Origin: a virus
Taxonomy: Duplodnaviria > Caudoviricetes
IMG/VR virus record: IMGVR_UViG_3300005259_000074
Coordinates: 64,001 to 128,000 of that record
Length of the DNA stretch: 64,000 nt
Direction: 5' to 3' (one strand)
The notes beneath the pieces were generated by a model. That model was not told where the DNA came from. It saw nothing but the letters and a program-made list of their open reading frames with translations, and did no database searches. Numbering within the stretch: the stretch's first letter is position 1; every line of letters starts with the position of its first letter. A program made the position numbers and the translations under genes. Shown here piece after piece: positions 27,236-35,889 of the stretch.

Positions 27236-28159
27236 ATGGAAAAGAGAGAACTCTGGGTAGACAAACACGCCCCACCGACTCTCGATGACATGGTCATCGA
27301 CAGCGACATGAGGAAGATGTTCGAAGAGTACGTCAAGCAGAAGACGATCCCCAACATGCTGCTCGCCGGAAGACAGGGAACTGGAAAGAGCACGTTGGCT
27401 CATGCATTAGCCCACGACATCGGTGCGACAGTGCTCTACGTCAATGCTGGATACGAGTCAGGCATTGAAGTCATAAGGACTAAGGTCAAAGACTTCTGCG
27501 ATGCTTTCGCTTTCGGCGGTGCACTCAAAGTCGTGATATTAGATGAGGCGGACGCTCTATCAGGTCAGGGTGGTGGAGGGAACGGCGCCAGCGCTCAGGG
27601 AGGTCTCAGAAACCTCATTGAAGAGGCGTCTGATGACACTCGCTTCATCATGACGTGTAACTACGTGAACAAGATAATTCCCGCACTACAATCACGCTGC
27701 ACGCCTATAAAGGTCAAGTTTACCGTAGAAGACGTGATGCGGAGAGTCGTGAAGATACTGAAAGCCGAGAAGGTGAAGTTCGACGCAGACACCCTAACGG
27801 CATTCACCGCTAGGATCGTCAAGAAGAAGTTCCCAGACGTCAGGTCGATCATCAACTGCTTGGAGCAGTGGAGCATATCCGGAGAGCTGAAAGACGGAAA
27901 AGCTACTGATGACCAAGCTGGCGATGAAGTGGTGAATAAGATACTCGCTTTTGGGACTATGAGAGAAGCTCGCGAGTGGTGGATATCGAACGAAGAGGCG
28001 TTCGCGTCTGACTACGAAGCGCTAGCGTCTAAGGTGTTCGACGCGCTAGAAGACCCGAAGAAGCAGCTCGCTGTGGCCGAGGGGATGTACCGCATGGCGG
28101 TCTGCCTCGACAAGGAGATCCAGTTCGCAGCGATGGTTTACCAACTCAAGGGATCGTGA
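27236..28159 (+). CDS. Clamp loader AAA+ subunit (T4 gp44 / RFC small subunit-like)
   Basis: WVDKHAP, Walker A GRQGTGKS, Walker B ILDEAD, SRC motif. Confidence 0.95.
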   Translation: MEKRELWVDKHAPPTLDDMVIDSDMRKMFEEYVKQKTIPNMLLAGRQGTGKSTLAHALAHDIGATVLYVNAGYESGIEVIRTKVKDFCDAFAFGGALKVVILDEADALSGQGGGGNGASAQGGLRNLIEEASDDTRFIMTCNYVNKIIPALQSRCTPIKVKFTVEDVMRRVVKILKAEKVKFDADTLTAFTARIVKKKFPDVRSIINCLEQWSISGELKDGKATDDQAGDEVVNKILAFGTMREAREWWISNEEAFASDYEALASKVFDALEDPKKQLAVAEGMYRMAVCLDKEIQFAAMVYQLKGS

Positions 28160-28160
28160 C

Positions 28161-28649
28161 ATGTCAAACAGCACTGCCGGTGTTCCGCAGTCTACTTCTA
28201 TGTTGACAGCAGAGAACTTGTGCAGCAGCCGCGCATCGATAGATTCCCTACATGTCAATAAATCTTTGAACGCAAACACCGCTCAGATATCATGCGACAA
28301 TGTGGACATTGACATGTCAAATTCAAATTTGAGGATGTCTGGTGGAATTTTAAACATGTTGAATACATCTGTGTTTATTTCTGAGTCAATGAATCTGCAC
28401 TTTGGAAAACTGCATATCAGATCGGTCGATGGACTACCCAATGATGTACTGCCATGCAAGGAGATCTCCGATTGCGAGATATTTAGAGGGTCAACGTTAA
28501 TTGTCTCTTATGACAGCATAGTCCACATGGCGTTCACACCGTTCTGCTACCATTGCACTCACTTTAATCCAGACAGAATAGACTTTAAGAAGAAAATAGC
28601 AGATCACTACAAAGACGCCGAAGCCAACAAGAAGTTAGAATCTATCTGA
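28161..28649 (+). CDS. Hypothetical protein carrying the family tail
   Basis: C-terminal CYHC; ends KKLESI. Confidence 0.7.
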   Translation: MSNSTAGVPQSTSMLTAENLCSSRASIDSLHVNKSLNANTAQISCDNVDIDMSNSNLRMSGGILNMLNTSVFISESMNLHFGKLHIRSVDGLPNDVLPCKEISDCEIFRGSTLIVSYDSIVHMAFTPFCYHCTHFNPDRIDFKKKIADHYKDAEANKKLESI

Positions 28650-28661
28650 CATGGGTGTAAG

Positions 28662-28901
28662 ATGGAACACATAGATATAAAAGAACACTGTGAACCGGTG
28701 TATTCATCTAGTCATCCACCGTACTTGCACTGCAAATACCAGAACGAGTTTTCCGAAAGAATGTACCGGTGTCCGATGTTTGAATCATCTTTCGTCGACA
28801 AAAATTTCTGCTACTGGTTCATTGCGAGAGATCGTGGAGAGTGCCGGACCCCATCCGCGCTGAAGGAACTAGAAGTAGATGAGAAGATGGACAGCATATG
28901 A
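28662..28901 (+). CDS. Cys-rich miniprotein, C-tail family
   Basis: C..C..CPMF..C..C, ends KMDSI. Confidence 0.85.
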   Translation: MEHIDIKEHCEPVYSSSHPPYLHCKYQNEFSERMYRCPMFESSFVDKNFCYWFIARDRGECRTPSALKELEVDEKMDSI

Positions 28902-29143
28902 GGATGACGTTCAAATATCATAAACACGGAGACCGCCGTACTGTCAAGAAGTTCATATGGTGGCCTATGATACTGATGCTAGACCCACCGAAGAACGGTT
29001 CTCTCGAACGGGGTGATGTGCAGATGCGGTGGTTGGAGTACACTTACGTCACTCAGCTGTACCTCATTAGCGGAAAAGGATCTCACTGGATAGACTTTTG
29101 TTGGGGTGACGCTGCGTTAGAAAGAGCTCTTGATGACCTCTAG
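28898..29143 (+). CDS. Hypothetical protein carrying the family tail
   Basis: KKFIWWP..RWLE; ends ALDDL-TAG. Confidence 0.78.
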   Translation: MRMTFKYHKHGDRRTVKKFIWWPMILMLDPPKNGSLERGDVQMRWLEYTYVTQLYLISGKGSHWIDFCWGDAALERALDDL

Positions 29144-29772
29144 CACTTGGAGTACTTGGAGACACCTGCTCTCCGTCTCTTTATCTTCTCGAAAGCGTTC
29201 GCATAGTCGTGAGCGTCATCATAGTCCCAGTTCTCTACTGCCATTTGGACTATCTCGCGGTACTCATGCTCTTCTATGAACGGCCTTTCTGCTTCTAAGA
29301 TCTTGTCGTCTATGATGATCAAGTTCTTCTGCCCGACGTAGTCGTACACCAGACCGTGACCACCGTACTTGAAGTTGGGATCGAACAGCCGTCTGACTTT
29401 CTGTCCGTCGACTAGAGATATCTCGAAGTCGCCTCTAGTGATCTTCATGCCGACTAGAAGACCACATGCGTTGACTCTTGGAACGAGGCCACTCTCTGGC
29501 TGACGCATTGCAACTTTGGCTTCTTCGTAGTCCTTCCCACTCCTCATTAGTTCACGCATCTTAGTATACGTCTCGATGAAGAAGTCAGCTTCATCAGCGT
29601 ATATCTTATCTAGCCACAGTCTTCCCACTGGTACTATCGGGTTCATATCGTGGTCAGCCAGACCGGAGAAATCTATGTCGAGAGTGTTCCTGATGTGGTA
29701 GCCGTCTACTAACTCCAAGTTCCTGCTGACGGAAAAGTAAGCTTTATTTATGTGGAAAGAAGAAGGGTTCAT
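29140..29772 (-). CDS. Hypothetical protein with zincin-like HExxE...H motif
   Basis: VDG..R..F..GGH, HEYRE, DAHDYA. Confidence 0.8.
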   Translation of the reverse strand: MNPSSFHINKAYFSVSRNLELVDGYHIRNTLDIDFSGLADHDMNPIVPVGRLWLDKIYADEADFFIETYTKMRELMRSGKDYEEAKVAMRQPESGLVPRVNACGLLVGMKITRGDFEISLVDGQKVRRLFDPNFKYGGHGLVYDYVGQKNLIIIDDKILEAERPFIEEHEYREIVQMAVENWDYDDAHDYANAFEKIKRRRAGVSKYSKC

Positions 29773-29969
29773 TCGCCAGCTCCTGGAAAGTCGGGTAGGT
29801 CTAACTTCTCGTGCGAGTAGTCCGTCGGGTCAGCAGTCAACCTATTGCACTCTCTATTCCAGCAAACCGAGCACAACTTCTGCTCGTTCAGCTTGCTGGG
29901 ACGGCGGACGTTGCACTGCAAACCGCAGCGCTGGCATATCTGCATCCTGATGTTGTACCGGTTCTCCAT
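29769..29969 (-). CDS. Small zinc-finger protein
   Basis: CQRC and CSVC pairs; start moved downstream of TAAATA (29975-29980). Confidence 0.7.
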   Translation of the reverse strand: MENRYNIRMQICQRCGLQCNVRRPSKLNEQKLCSVCWNRECNRLTADPTDYSHEKLDLPDFPGAGE

Positions 29970-30033
29970 GTCTCTATTTATCATTTCAGAAACATCTCGT
30001 TGATAATTAACGACTTAGAAGAAATAATGCGAG

Positions 30034-30122
30034 TTTCCCTTTACAAGCCCACTATTTGGTTGTATATTGATTACCATTAAGGGAACTTAACACGGGCTTC
30101 CGCCAAATGGAGAACGGAAATG
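30034..30122 (+). promoter_or_regulatory. Early promoter plus leader cassette (copy 2)
   Basis: TTTACA(30040)-17-TATATT(30063), CCATTAAGGGAAC, GGAGA SD. Confidence 0.8.
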
Positions 30123-30431
30123 AAAGCAAGAACGAAGCGAGACCTCGAGATCGACCTCGACGTCATGACCAACCAGTACAACGAGGCGATGAAGAGGGCG
30201 AACGCGGCTGAAGCAAAACTTGCTCAGTGCACGAAGTACGCGGTCCTCCAACTCTGTCCCGCATATCCCACACTCGAAGACTTGAAAGGGGCAGAATGCG
30301 AGGCCGAGCAGGCGGACGTCAGAGACACCAAAGAAGACGCCAATATTCTTGCTCGCTATCGGAATGCCGTCAGCGTCACTGAAAATTACATCATCGCCGA
30401 AGTCTTCAACGGCAAATTCACCGGAAAGTGA
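30120..30431 (+). CDS. Hypothetical early protein
   Basis: first gene after the promoter cassette. Confidence 0.8.
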   Translation: MKARTKRDLEIDLDVMTNQYNEAMKRANAAEAKLAQCTKYAVLQLCPAYPTLEDLKGAECEAEQADVRDTKEDANILARYRNAVSVTENYIIAEVFNGKFTGK

Positions 30432-30742
30432 GATACGCAATGGAGCAGACACTCAGGAAGTACTGCGATAAGACGGATTTTGGCATCATCCGTAAGACGA
30501 TAGCCGAGGTCGGAGCCCTCCACGGTTTCGGACATGGGACGGGAAAGATCTACTCGGTCCGTAAAGCGCTGGAAGACGCCAGCATACAGCCACCGCCGGT
30601 AGAATCTCTCGACGCCCTCATAGCGGTCGCCATCAACATCATTCGCGACACGGACCACGAACTGGCAGCTCGGTTCCAGAGCTACGACCTAGACGAGATC
30701 ACCACCGACGAATTCACCAAGAACATGAGGGACGGAAAGTGA
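30428..30742 (+). CDS. Hypothetical protein
   Basis: GTGA-coupled ORF. Confidence 0.75.
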   Translation: MRYAMEQTLRKYCDKTDFGIIRKTIAEVGALHGFGHGTGKIYSVRKALEDASIQPPPVESLDALIAVAINIIRDTDHELAARFQSYDLDEITTDEFTKNMRDGK

Positions 30743-31155
30743 AGACAGAAAACGTGCTGACTTTGCTCAAGAAGGTGGGGACTCCTGATGACGTGCTCAA
30801 TAAGATGAGGCTCGACATACTGAGTGACGGCGTTGAACCAGTCTTAGAGGGCTTCTTGGAGAAATTGAACCACGACGAGATCAAAAAACTCTGTTCTTCC
30901 ATCCGGACTTCTTACAGAGGCACGGTCAATTTCATACCGATTATCATCACAATGTTGAAAAACTTCTCGTCAGCCTACCCTGATCTGGACATGCGAGTTC
31001 TCATCGAGAAGACTGAGCGCGCGCGCGATAAAAAGGAATTTTTGAAAGAATTGCGCGAGGTAATGAACTTACCTCTTCAAGACAAAGCAAAGAATGACGC
31101 CGCTCGTCGGAAGTTCTTGTCTGAGCACTTCGCGAACATAATGAATGAAGAGTAG
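30739..31155 (+). CDS. Hypothetical helical protein
   Basis: GTGA-coupled ORF. Confidence 0.78.
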   Translation: MKTENVLTLLKKVGTPDDVLNKMRLDILSDGVEPVLEGFLEKLNHDEIKKLCSSIRTSYRGTVNFIPIIITMLKNFSSAYPDLDMRVLIEKTERARDKKEFLKELREVMNLPLQDKAKNDAARRKFLSEHFANIMNEE

Positions 31156-31158
31156 GAT

Positions 31159-31380
31159 GTGGTGAAGCGGGAAAACGAGTGTTTCGACGTGGACGATCAC
31201 TGGGACGATGAAGTGAACAACTGTGGTTGTCGTTTCGATAAGAGGTTCTCCCGCTGCCTATTCTACTCGCCAGAGGATGCGGTGTACGACGACTGTAGGT
31301 GGTTTGACGGTTATAGGTACTGCCGAAACCCAGAAGCGATACGCAACAAGAACTTATACAGAGCGATTGACGAAATATGA
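31159..31380 (+). CDS. Cys-rich miniprotein, C-tail family
   Basis: NEC..CLFY..C..C, ends AIDEI. Confidence 0.85.
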   Translation: MVKRENECFDVDDHWDDEVNNCGCRFDKRFSRCLFYSPEDAVYDDCRWFDGYRYCRNPEAIRNKNLYRAIDEI

Positions 31381-31598
31381 TGACCACTAAAAAGAACATG
31401 TGTTGCGATACTGATGACGTCTTAGGAGGTATGCAGAACTGGTGCGCTGCTACGTCTAGAGGACACCTACAATCGGAGTGCAAGTTCTATGGAAAACTTG
31501 CAACTGGATCGTGCTACTGGCGAGACAGATCTGCAATGTGCACTAACCCACTGGCGATAGAAGACAAAGACCTGACTAACGCACTGGAGAAAATATGA
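31377..31598 (+). CDS. Cys-rich miniprotein, C-tail family
   Basis: NMCC..CKFY, ends ALEKI. Confidence 0.85.
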   Translation: MMTTKKNMCCDTDDVLGGMQNWCAATSRGHLQSECKFYGKLATGSCYWRDRSAMCTNPLAIEDKDLTNALEKI

Positions 31599-32014
31599 AC
31601 ACTAGGAGGACGACAGTGGAATCTCACATGAAAGCGACTAGCAAGATGCTAGCAAAGAGGCTGAACAAGACGGCAGAGCTCGCCGAAGACCTCAGGAAGG
31701 AACGCGACATCCTCAGAAGGGGACTGCTCCTGTCGCTCTTGCTGTCCGTCAAGTGGTCTACGAACAAGAAGTCCAACTTCGACCGGCGGAACTCGTGGGA
31801 GGCCAAGATAGGCAGAGAAGCTATCCCGAGGACTGACCTCCGGAAACACGAGACGTTCGGCTACGACTCCGATAGACACGAGGAGACTTCGAAGACTCAC
31901 GTCTTCGTGTGGACTCAGTGCGCTGACGAAGACGGGATCGTGCTCGTCTGCTCTGACATCTCCAGCGAAAAGAAAGTGCGCGCTATTCTCCGACAGCACT
32001 TGGAAGACCTCTGA
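31595..32014 (+). CDS. Hypothetical protein carrying the family tail
   Basis: non-family fold ending HLEDL. Confidence 0.78.
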   Translation: MNTRRTTVESHMKATSKMLAKRLNKTAELAEDLRKERDILRRGLLLSLLLSVKWSTNKKSNFDRRNSWEAKIGREAIPRTDLRKHETFGYDSDRHEETSKTHVFVWTQCADEDGIVLVCSDISSEKKVRAILRQHLEDL

Positions 32015-32238
32015 TGTCAGAGAAGGAGAACATGTGCAAGGCGTATTTCAGGCAGCCCTTTCGACACGTGTACGGTAGGTGCAGCGGGGCGATCGCTGCG
32101 AAGAACTACTCTGAGTGTAAGTTCTTCTGCGCGAATTCTCAGCGTCCCAACAAGTGTTGCTTCAACGACCTCAGCAACTGCTACAACAAAGCAGCCATAA
32201 AGGACAACATGCTAGAAGAAAAGCTCAACGATCTCTAA
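32014..32238 (+). CDS. Cys-rich miniprotein, C-tail family
   Basis: NMC..CKFF..CC..C, ends KLNDL-TAA. Confidence 0.85.
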   Translation: MSEKENMCKAYFRQPFRHVYGRCSGAIAAKNYSECKFFCANSQRPNKCCFNDLSNCYNKAAIKDNMLEEKLNDL

Positions 32239-33835
32239 GTCCATCTCTCATCGCGCGCAACTCCTTCAGCTCCTTCAACCAGGCCGCTAACTGCTGGTGG
32301 TCCTTAGCGCAGCCAGATATCTCCCTCGACTTCTCGTCGCAGTGGTTTATAGCCTCGTCTAAGGTGATGGGGATGCTGTCGATCGCCATCTTCTTCTTTT
32401 TCATCATCTTGAACGAGAGCTTCGCCGTCCCGGGGTACTTCGGAGAGCCGGCGAAGTAGAACTGGAAGAATGCGTCCTCGAAAGTGCAGACTCTGAACTT
32501 CACGTCAGTCTTCGAGAGATTGATGTACACCTGCAGCACGTCTATCGAAGTCATCACCTTGTTCAAGAAAGCGATCATGGATTCGTCTTTGTTGAACGTC
32601 TGGTATATCTTGGTTGCGAGAGGAGCTGAGAACAGCCCGCGGGCGTCGAGAGACTTGTCTTTCATGACGAACCGGATAGTCTCCTCGGTGACCGCGCTTG
32701 GGATCTTGTCGAGCCAGTTAGTTCTGAGGAACTCGACGGTCTCCTCTTCTCCCATCTCCCGCATCCAGTCTCTGATGCCCCTGTTGGTGAGGTTCTCGAA
32801 GTCGAGGCTCTCAGTCTTCTCGTGGTTCTTGAGGTCAGCCCACTCGCTCAGCTTCAGCTCGTCACCCATCTCGAACATCCCCGAGATAGCCGGAGAATTG
32901 TGCATCATAGATATCATGTCGGCTGCGCGCTGCTCTGCCGGTGTCAGGCACTTGAACTTCTGCATGGCTTCGTAAACTGACTTGATAGACGGCGCAGCTC
33001 CGTCTTTAGACTTCGCGCTGACTCCGCGTTGCTCGTTGTCGACCATGACGTAGAAGTCGACGAGTGGTTCGTTCGCTGCCACGGGGAACTTGACGCTGTC
33101 GACCCCCCTGTTGTGCATCATCCAGTGAGCGCTCAGCACCTCGCCGAAGTCTTTGGCTATGACTCCCATGTCTGGGTCAGCCATCGGCTCTGCCAGCTTC
33201 TTCAGCTCTTCTCCGAACTCGATCGCGCTCGAGTTGGTCGCGACTACGTCTACGAGGCCCTTCAGCAGCGGTAAGAACTTGACGTAGTCTCTGTTAGACT
33301 TCTCCAGTGATGTTCTCGCAGCCTCGTAGACACGCTCGCTGAAGGTCGGCTTGTCCATCCACTGGTCGTCCTTTGCTATGCCTAGGGATGCTGGAGTGAG
33401 CTGTTTCGGCCTTATAGAAGACCCAGCTTTCTTAGCTTCTCTGAGGTTAGTTATGACGACCGTCGCGCCCTTCGGTATCTTCTTCTCGATGAGCCCATTC
33501 CTCACTCCTCGCTGGACGCAGAAGTCGTCCTCTAGGGTGAACGCGTACGACACGTAAGTAGACGACACAGAAGTGTCTTTGACGCAAGTCGCGCGAAATG
33601 GGGTTCCCGTCTCGGCGTCTACGAGAGACGAGACCACTACTTCTACGGTGCCAGGCTCCATCTTTATGCGAGCTGCTCCGTGCTTGTTGAGGTTGTCCAT
33701 GTCGTAGACGGTGTAAGAGGGGTGCGGCTTGTTACCGCGGCGGATCAGGCCCTTCTGCTTAGCGAGAGCGTCCTTAAAGTAGCTCAAGTGCTTCTCGGAC
33801 TCGCTTCGGGACACAGGAATAGCTGGAGCTTTCAT
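32225..33835 (-). CDS. Large protein with putative PD-(D/E)xK nuclease-like core
   Basis: FGEVL..FP..NEPLVDF..VSAKSKDGAAPS spacing resembles a restriction-endonuclease fold. Confidence 0.7.
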   Translation of the reverse strand: MKAPAIPVSRSESEKHLSYFKDALAKQKGLIRRGNKPHPSYTVYDMDNLNKHGAARIKMEPGTVEVVVSSLVDAETGTPFRATCVKDTSVSSTYVSYAFTLEDDFCVQRGVRNGLIEKKIPKGATVVITNLREAKKAGSSIRPKQLTPASLGIAKDDQWMDKPTFSERVYEAARTSLEKSNRDYVKFLPLLKGLVDVVATNSSAIEFGEELKKLAEPMADPDMGVIAKDFGEVLSAHWMMHNRGVDSVKFPVAANEPLVDFYVMVDNEQRGVSAKSKDGAAPSIKSVYEAMQKFKCLTPAEQRAADMISMMHNSPAISGMFEMGDELKLSEWADLKNHEKTESLDFENLTNRGIRDWMREMGEEETVEFLRTNWLDKIPSAVTEETIRFVMKDKSLDARGLFSAPLATKIYQTFNKDESMIAFLNKVMTSIDVLQVYINLSKTDVKFRVCTFEDAFFQFYFAGSPKYPGTAKLSFKMMKKKKMAIDSIPITLDEAINHCDEKSREISGCAKDHQQLAAWLKELKELRAMRDGLRDR

Positions 33836-33910
33836 AGAAGTTCCCTTTCAAGTTGGATTCAAAGGCACTATCGTAGCGTCACACATTTCATCGGAATGAA
33901 GTGAAGACCA

Positions 33911-34516
33911 TCAGACGATGCACTCTCGCATCTTGTCGAAGGTATCCTTCTTGAGGCCGGGCATCACTCTAGAGGTAGTCTGGTAGTCGCCGTCTCTCAC
34001 CAGAGACCTGACTCTAGTCGCCGACACCCTAGACACCACTACTTCTCCGGACTCGTCGATGAGGGCCCCTGAGGTCTCGACGTCTCTGTCTAGCAGTTTG
34101 ACTGTGACGTACCCGTCCATCAGCGGAGGGTAGAGCGTCGCCTGCTTCTTGTACGAGTCGAACCTGTCGGAGCCGCAGTAGACCTCTGTCAGCTCGTAAC
34201 CGCGGTCCCTCAGCTTGTCTAAGATTACATCGAGGGCGGCGTTCTGGAAGACTTCGACGCAGACCACGTTAGCTGGCGCTACTTCGGAGATGATCTCTCT
34301 CTGAAGAGATTCGCTGAGGGGATTCTTCTGAGGATCGGGATTCTTCCCTCTGATCAGGCCCACGACTACGGGAAGTTGTGAAGCTGTCATGAGGTTCTTG
34401 TGCCCTATGTGGAGGGGCTGGAACCGGCCGAGGACCAGAGCGACTCTGGTGTGTTTCGGACGGGGGTTCTTAGGATTGCGGTAGCCGTAAGACGTCTCTG
34501 TCACCATTGCACTCAC
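33911..34516 (-). CDS. HIGH-motif cytidylyltransferase/adenylyltransferase
   Basis: GRFQPLHIGH, NPL, CGSDR, SATRVR. Confidence 0.9.
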   Translation of the reverse strand: MSAMVTETSYGYRNPKNPRPKHTRVALVLGRFQPLHIGHKNLMTASQLPVVVGLIRGKNPDPQKNPLSESLQREIISEVAPANVVCVEVFQNAALDVILDKLRDRGYELTEVYCGSDRFDSYKKQATLYPPLMDGYVTVKLLDRDVETSGALIDESGEVVVSRVSATRVRSLVRDGDYQTTSRVMPGLKKDTFDKMRECIV

Positions 34517-34646
34517 TCTTTACATTCGCTCATTCGTCTCGCTGGGCGTCAGCGAGCTCGGGTGTCTCCTTGGTAGTTCTTCGTGTCGTTCTCAGTCTTG
34601 TTGGTTCGTCACGCTAGAATACCCCGTGCCTCCACCGTCTTTAGAC

Positions 34647-34675
34647 AAAAATAGCGGGACTTGTGATCCCGCTAT
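34647..34675 (-). terminator. Rho-independent terminator
   Basis: ATAGCGGGA/TCCCGCTAT stem followed by a T-run on the - strand. Confidence 0.75.
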
Positions 34676-34701
34676 CGTCGTCAGAATGTGAAGTTATTTC
34701 T

Positions 34702-34800
34702 TTATTTCGAACTTGTTTCCGTTTCAACTTTGTGTATTACTTGATCAGCTTTGTTGAACGACGATAGAGTGCTCTCGTAAAGCTCTTCGAACTTGCTCAT
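34702..34800 (-). CDS. 32-aa ORF made of the MSKFEEL leader and little else
   Basis: MSKFEELYESTLSSFNKADQVIHKVETETSSK; 25 nt identical to the start of gene 53516. Confidence 0.55.
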   Translation of the reverse strand: MSKFEELYESTLSSFNKADQVIHKVETETSSK

Positions 34801-34858
34801 ATAATCATTCTTTCAGTTATTCTTTACTGCCGACCCACTCGTATGAGCCGTACTTAGC

Positions 34859-35005
34859 TTACAACCGCCAGTCGTCAGCTAGCTTATTCAACTCCTCCTC
34901 CTCCTCCTCGGGGATGTCGAACTTCTTCCTCATCCCCTTGCACGCCAACTCATCGAAAGCGATATCTTCACGAAGCTGTTCATCACTTCTTCCATTTATC
35001 TTCAT
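34859..35005 (-). CDS. 48-aa acidic peptide
   Basis: MKINGRSDEQLREDIAFDELACKGMRKKFDIPEEEEEELNKLADDWRL; fills the gap. Confidence 0.5.
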   Translation of the reverse strand: MKINGRSDEQLREDIAFDELACKGMRKKFDIPEEEEEELNKLADDWRL

Positions 35006-35441
35006 CAGCTTCTATGTAAGGGTAGAACTCCTTCGTGAATGCGTTTTTGGCTATCAATTTGTGAGTGTCATCCAATTTCTCATGAGCATCAACCAATTTG
35101 TGGAAGTACTGACCCATCGAGACGATGTCGTCCATAGTCTGCCTCGGAATCATGTTAGACTTATCAGCTTTTCTCCGATACTTGCTAGCATCCTTCCAAG
35201 TGTCTTTCATCTCATCATCAGAATCTATGACATTCTTCACGTGTTCTACATCTTTAGGATTTATCTTCTCGAACTTCCCACTGACTTTTCTGAATTCTGG
35301 AGCGCCAGCTTCTCTACCGTAGAGACCTCTGCCTAACGAGTGAGTGCCGTCTGGCCCCTTCTTTTCGGAGTTCTCGTAGTGCTCGTGAAAACTGTCGCGG
35401 CGTTGGACTATGCTCTCAACTAATTCTTCGAACTTGCTCAT
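34983..35441 (-). CDS. Putative internal head protein (MSKFEEL leader plus GPDGTH module)
   Basis: shared N-terminal motifs; downstream of late promoter. Confidence 0.82.
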   Translation of the reverse strand: MSKFEELVESIVQRRDSFHEHYENSEKKGPDGTHSLGRGLYGREAGAPEFRKVSGKFEKINPKDVEHVKNVIDSDDEMKDTWKDASKYRRKADKSNMIPRQTMDDIVSMGQYFHKLVDAHEKLDDTHKLIAKNAFTKEFYPYIEADEDKWKK

Positions 35442-35451
35442 GTCATCCCTT

Positions 35452-35853
35452 TCAGTCTGAGAAGTCTTCTACCGAGCCAACTTCCTTAATGCGCTTCAGC
35501 ATCTTGTCGTCGAACACCTTCTTAGCAGAAGCGGCGTCTTCTATCTTGACGTTAACTACGATCGTGTCGTGCTCGACGTCCACTTCTATCTCAGCCCACT
35601 TCTCCAGAGGCTCTTTGCCTCCGGACTTGCGGAACTCAGCCTCTTCATCGGGCTTCATCTTCTTGAACTTGGCTTTCTCGTCCATGTAGCTCTTGTGGAA
35701 GTCCCTCTTGAGCTGGTTGACGTGAGCACGCAAATCGGAGACGATAGCTTTGGTGTCGGTTTCGTCTTTCTTGAGGACGACGGAGAACTCAGACATCTCG
35801 TCCAGACGGTTTCCCAGCAAAAACTCTCTGACAGCTGATTCAAAAAATTTCAT
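35452..35853 (-). CDS. Hypothetical late protein, possible internal head protein
   Basis: TAAATA at 35880-35885; start moved to MKFFE with GAGGGA SD. Confidence 0.78.
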   Translation of the reverse strand: MKFFESAVREFLLGNRLDEMSEFSVVLKKDETDTKAIVSDLRAHVNQLKRDFHKSYMDEKAKFKKMKPDEEAEFRKSGGKEPLEKWAEIEVDVEHDTIVVNVKIEDAASAKKVFDDKMLKRIKEVGSVEDFSD

Positions 35854-35889
35854 GTATGATTCCCTCATTTACTTTGTTTTATTTATCGC

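Noticed and set aside
53-32238. Diversity-generating retroelement as the source of miniprotein variation
   Set aside because: No reverse transcriptase and no near-identical template/variable repeat pair with A-specific mismatches in the window; paralogs are too divergent.
53-32238. Tail as a eukaryotic KDEL-type ER retention signal
   Set aside because: T4-like bacteriophage with SD-coupled genes; no signal peptides; the -3 residue is hydrophobic, not K/H/R.
34892-34909. (CTC)6 trinucleotide repeat as a contingency locus
   Set aside because: In-frame Glu run in a small acidic ORF; length change would not shift the frame.
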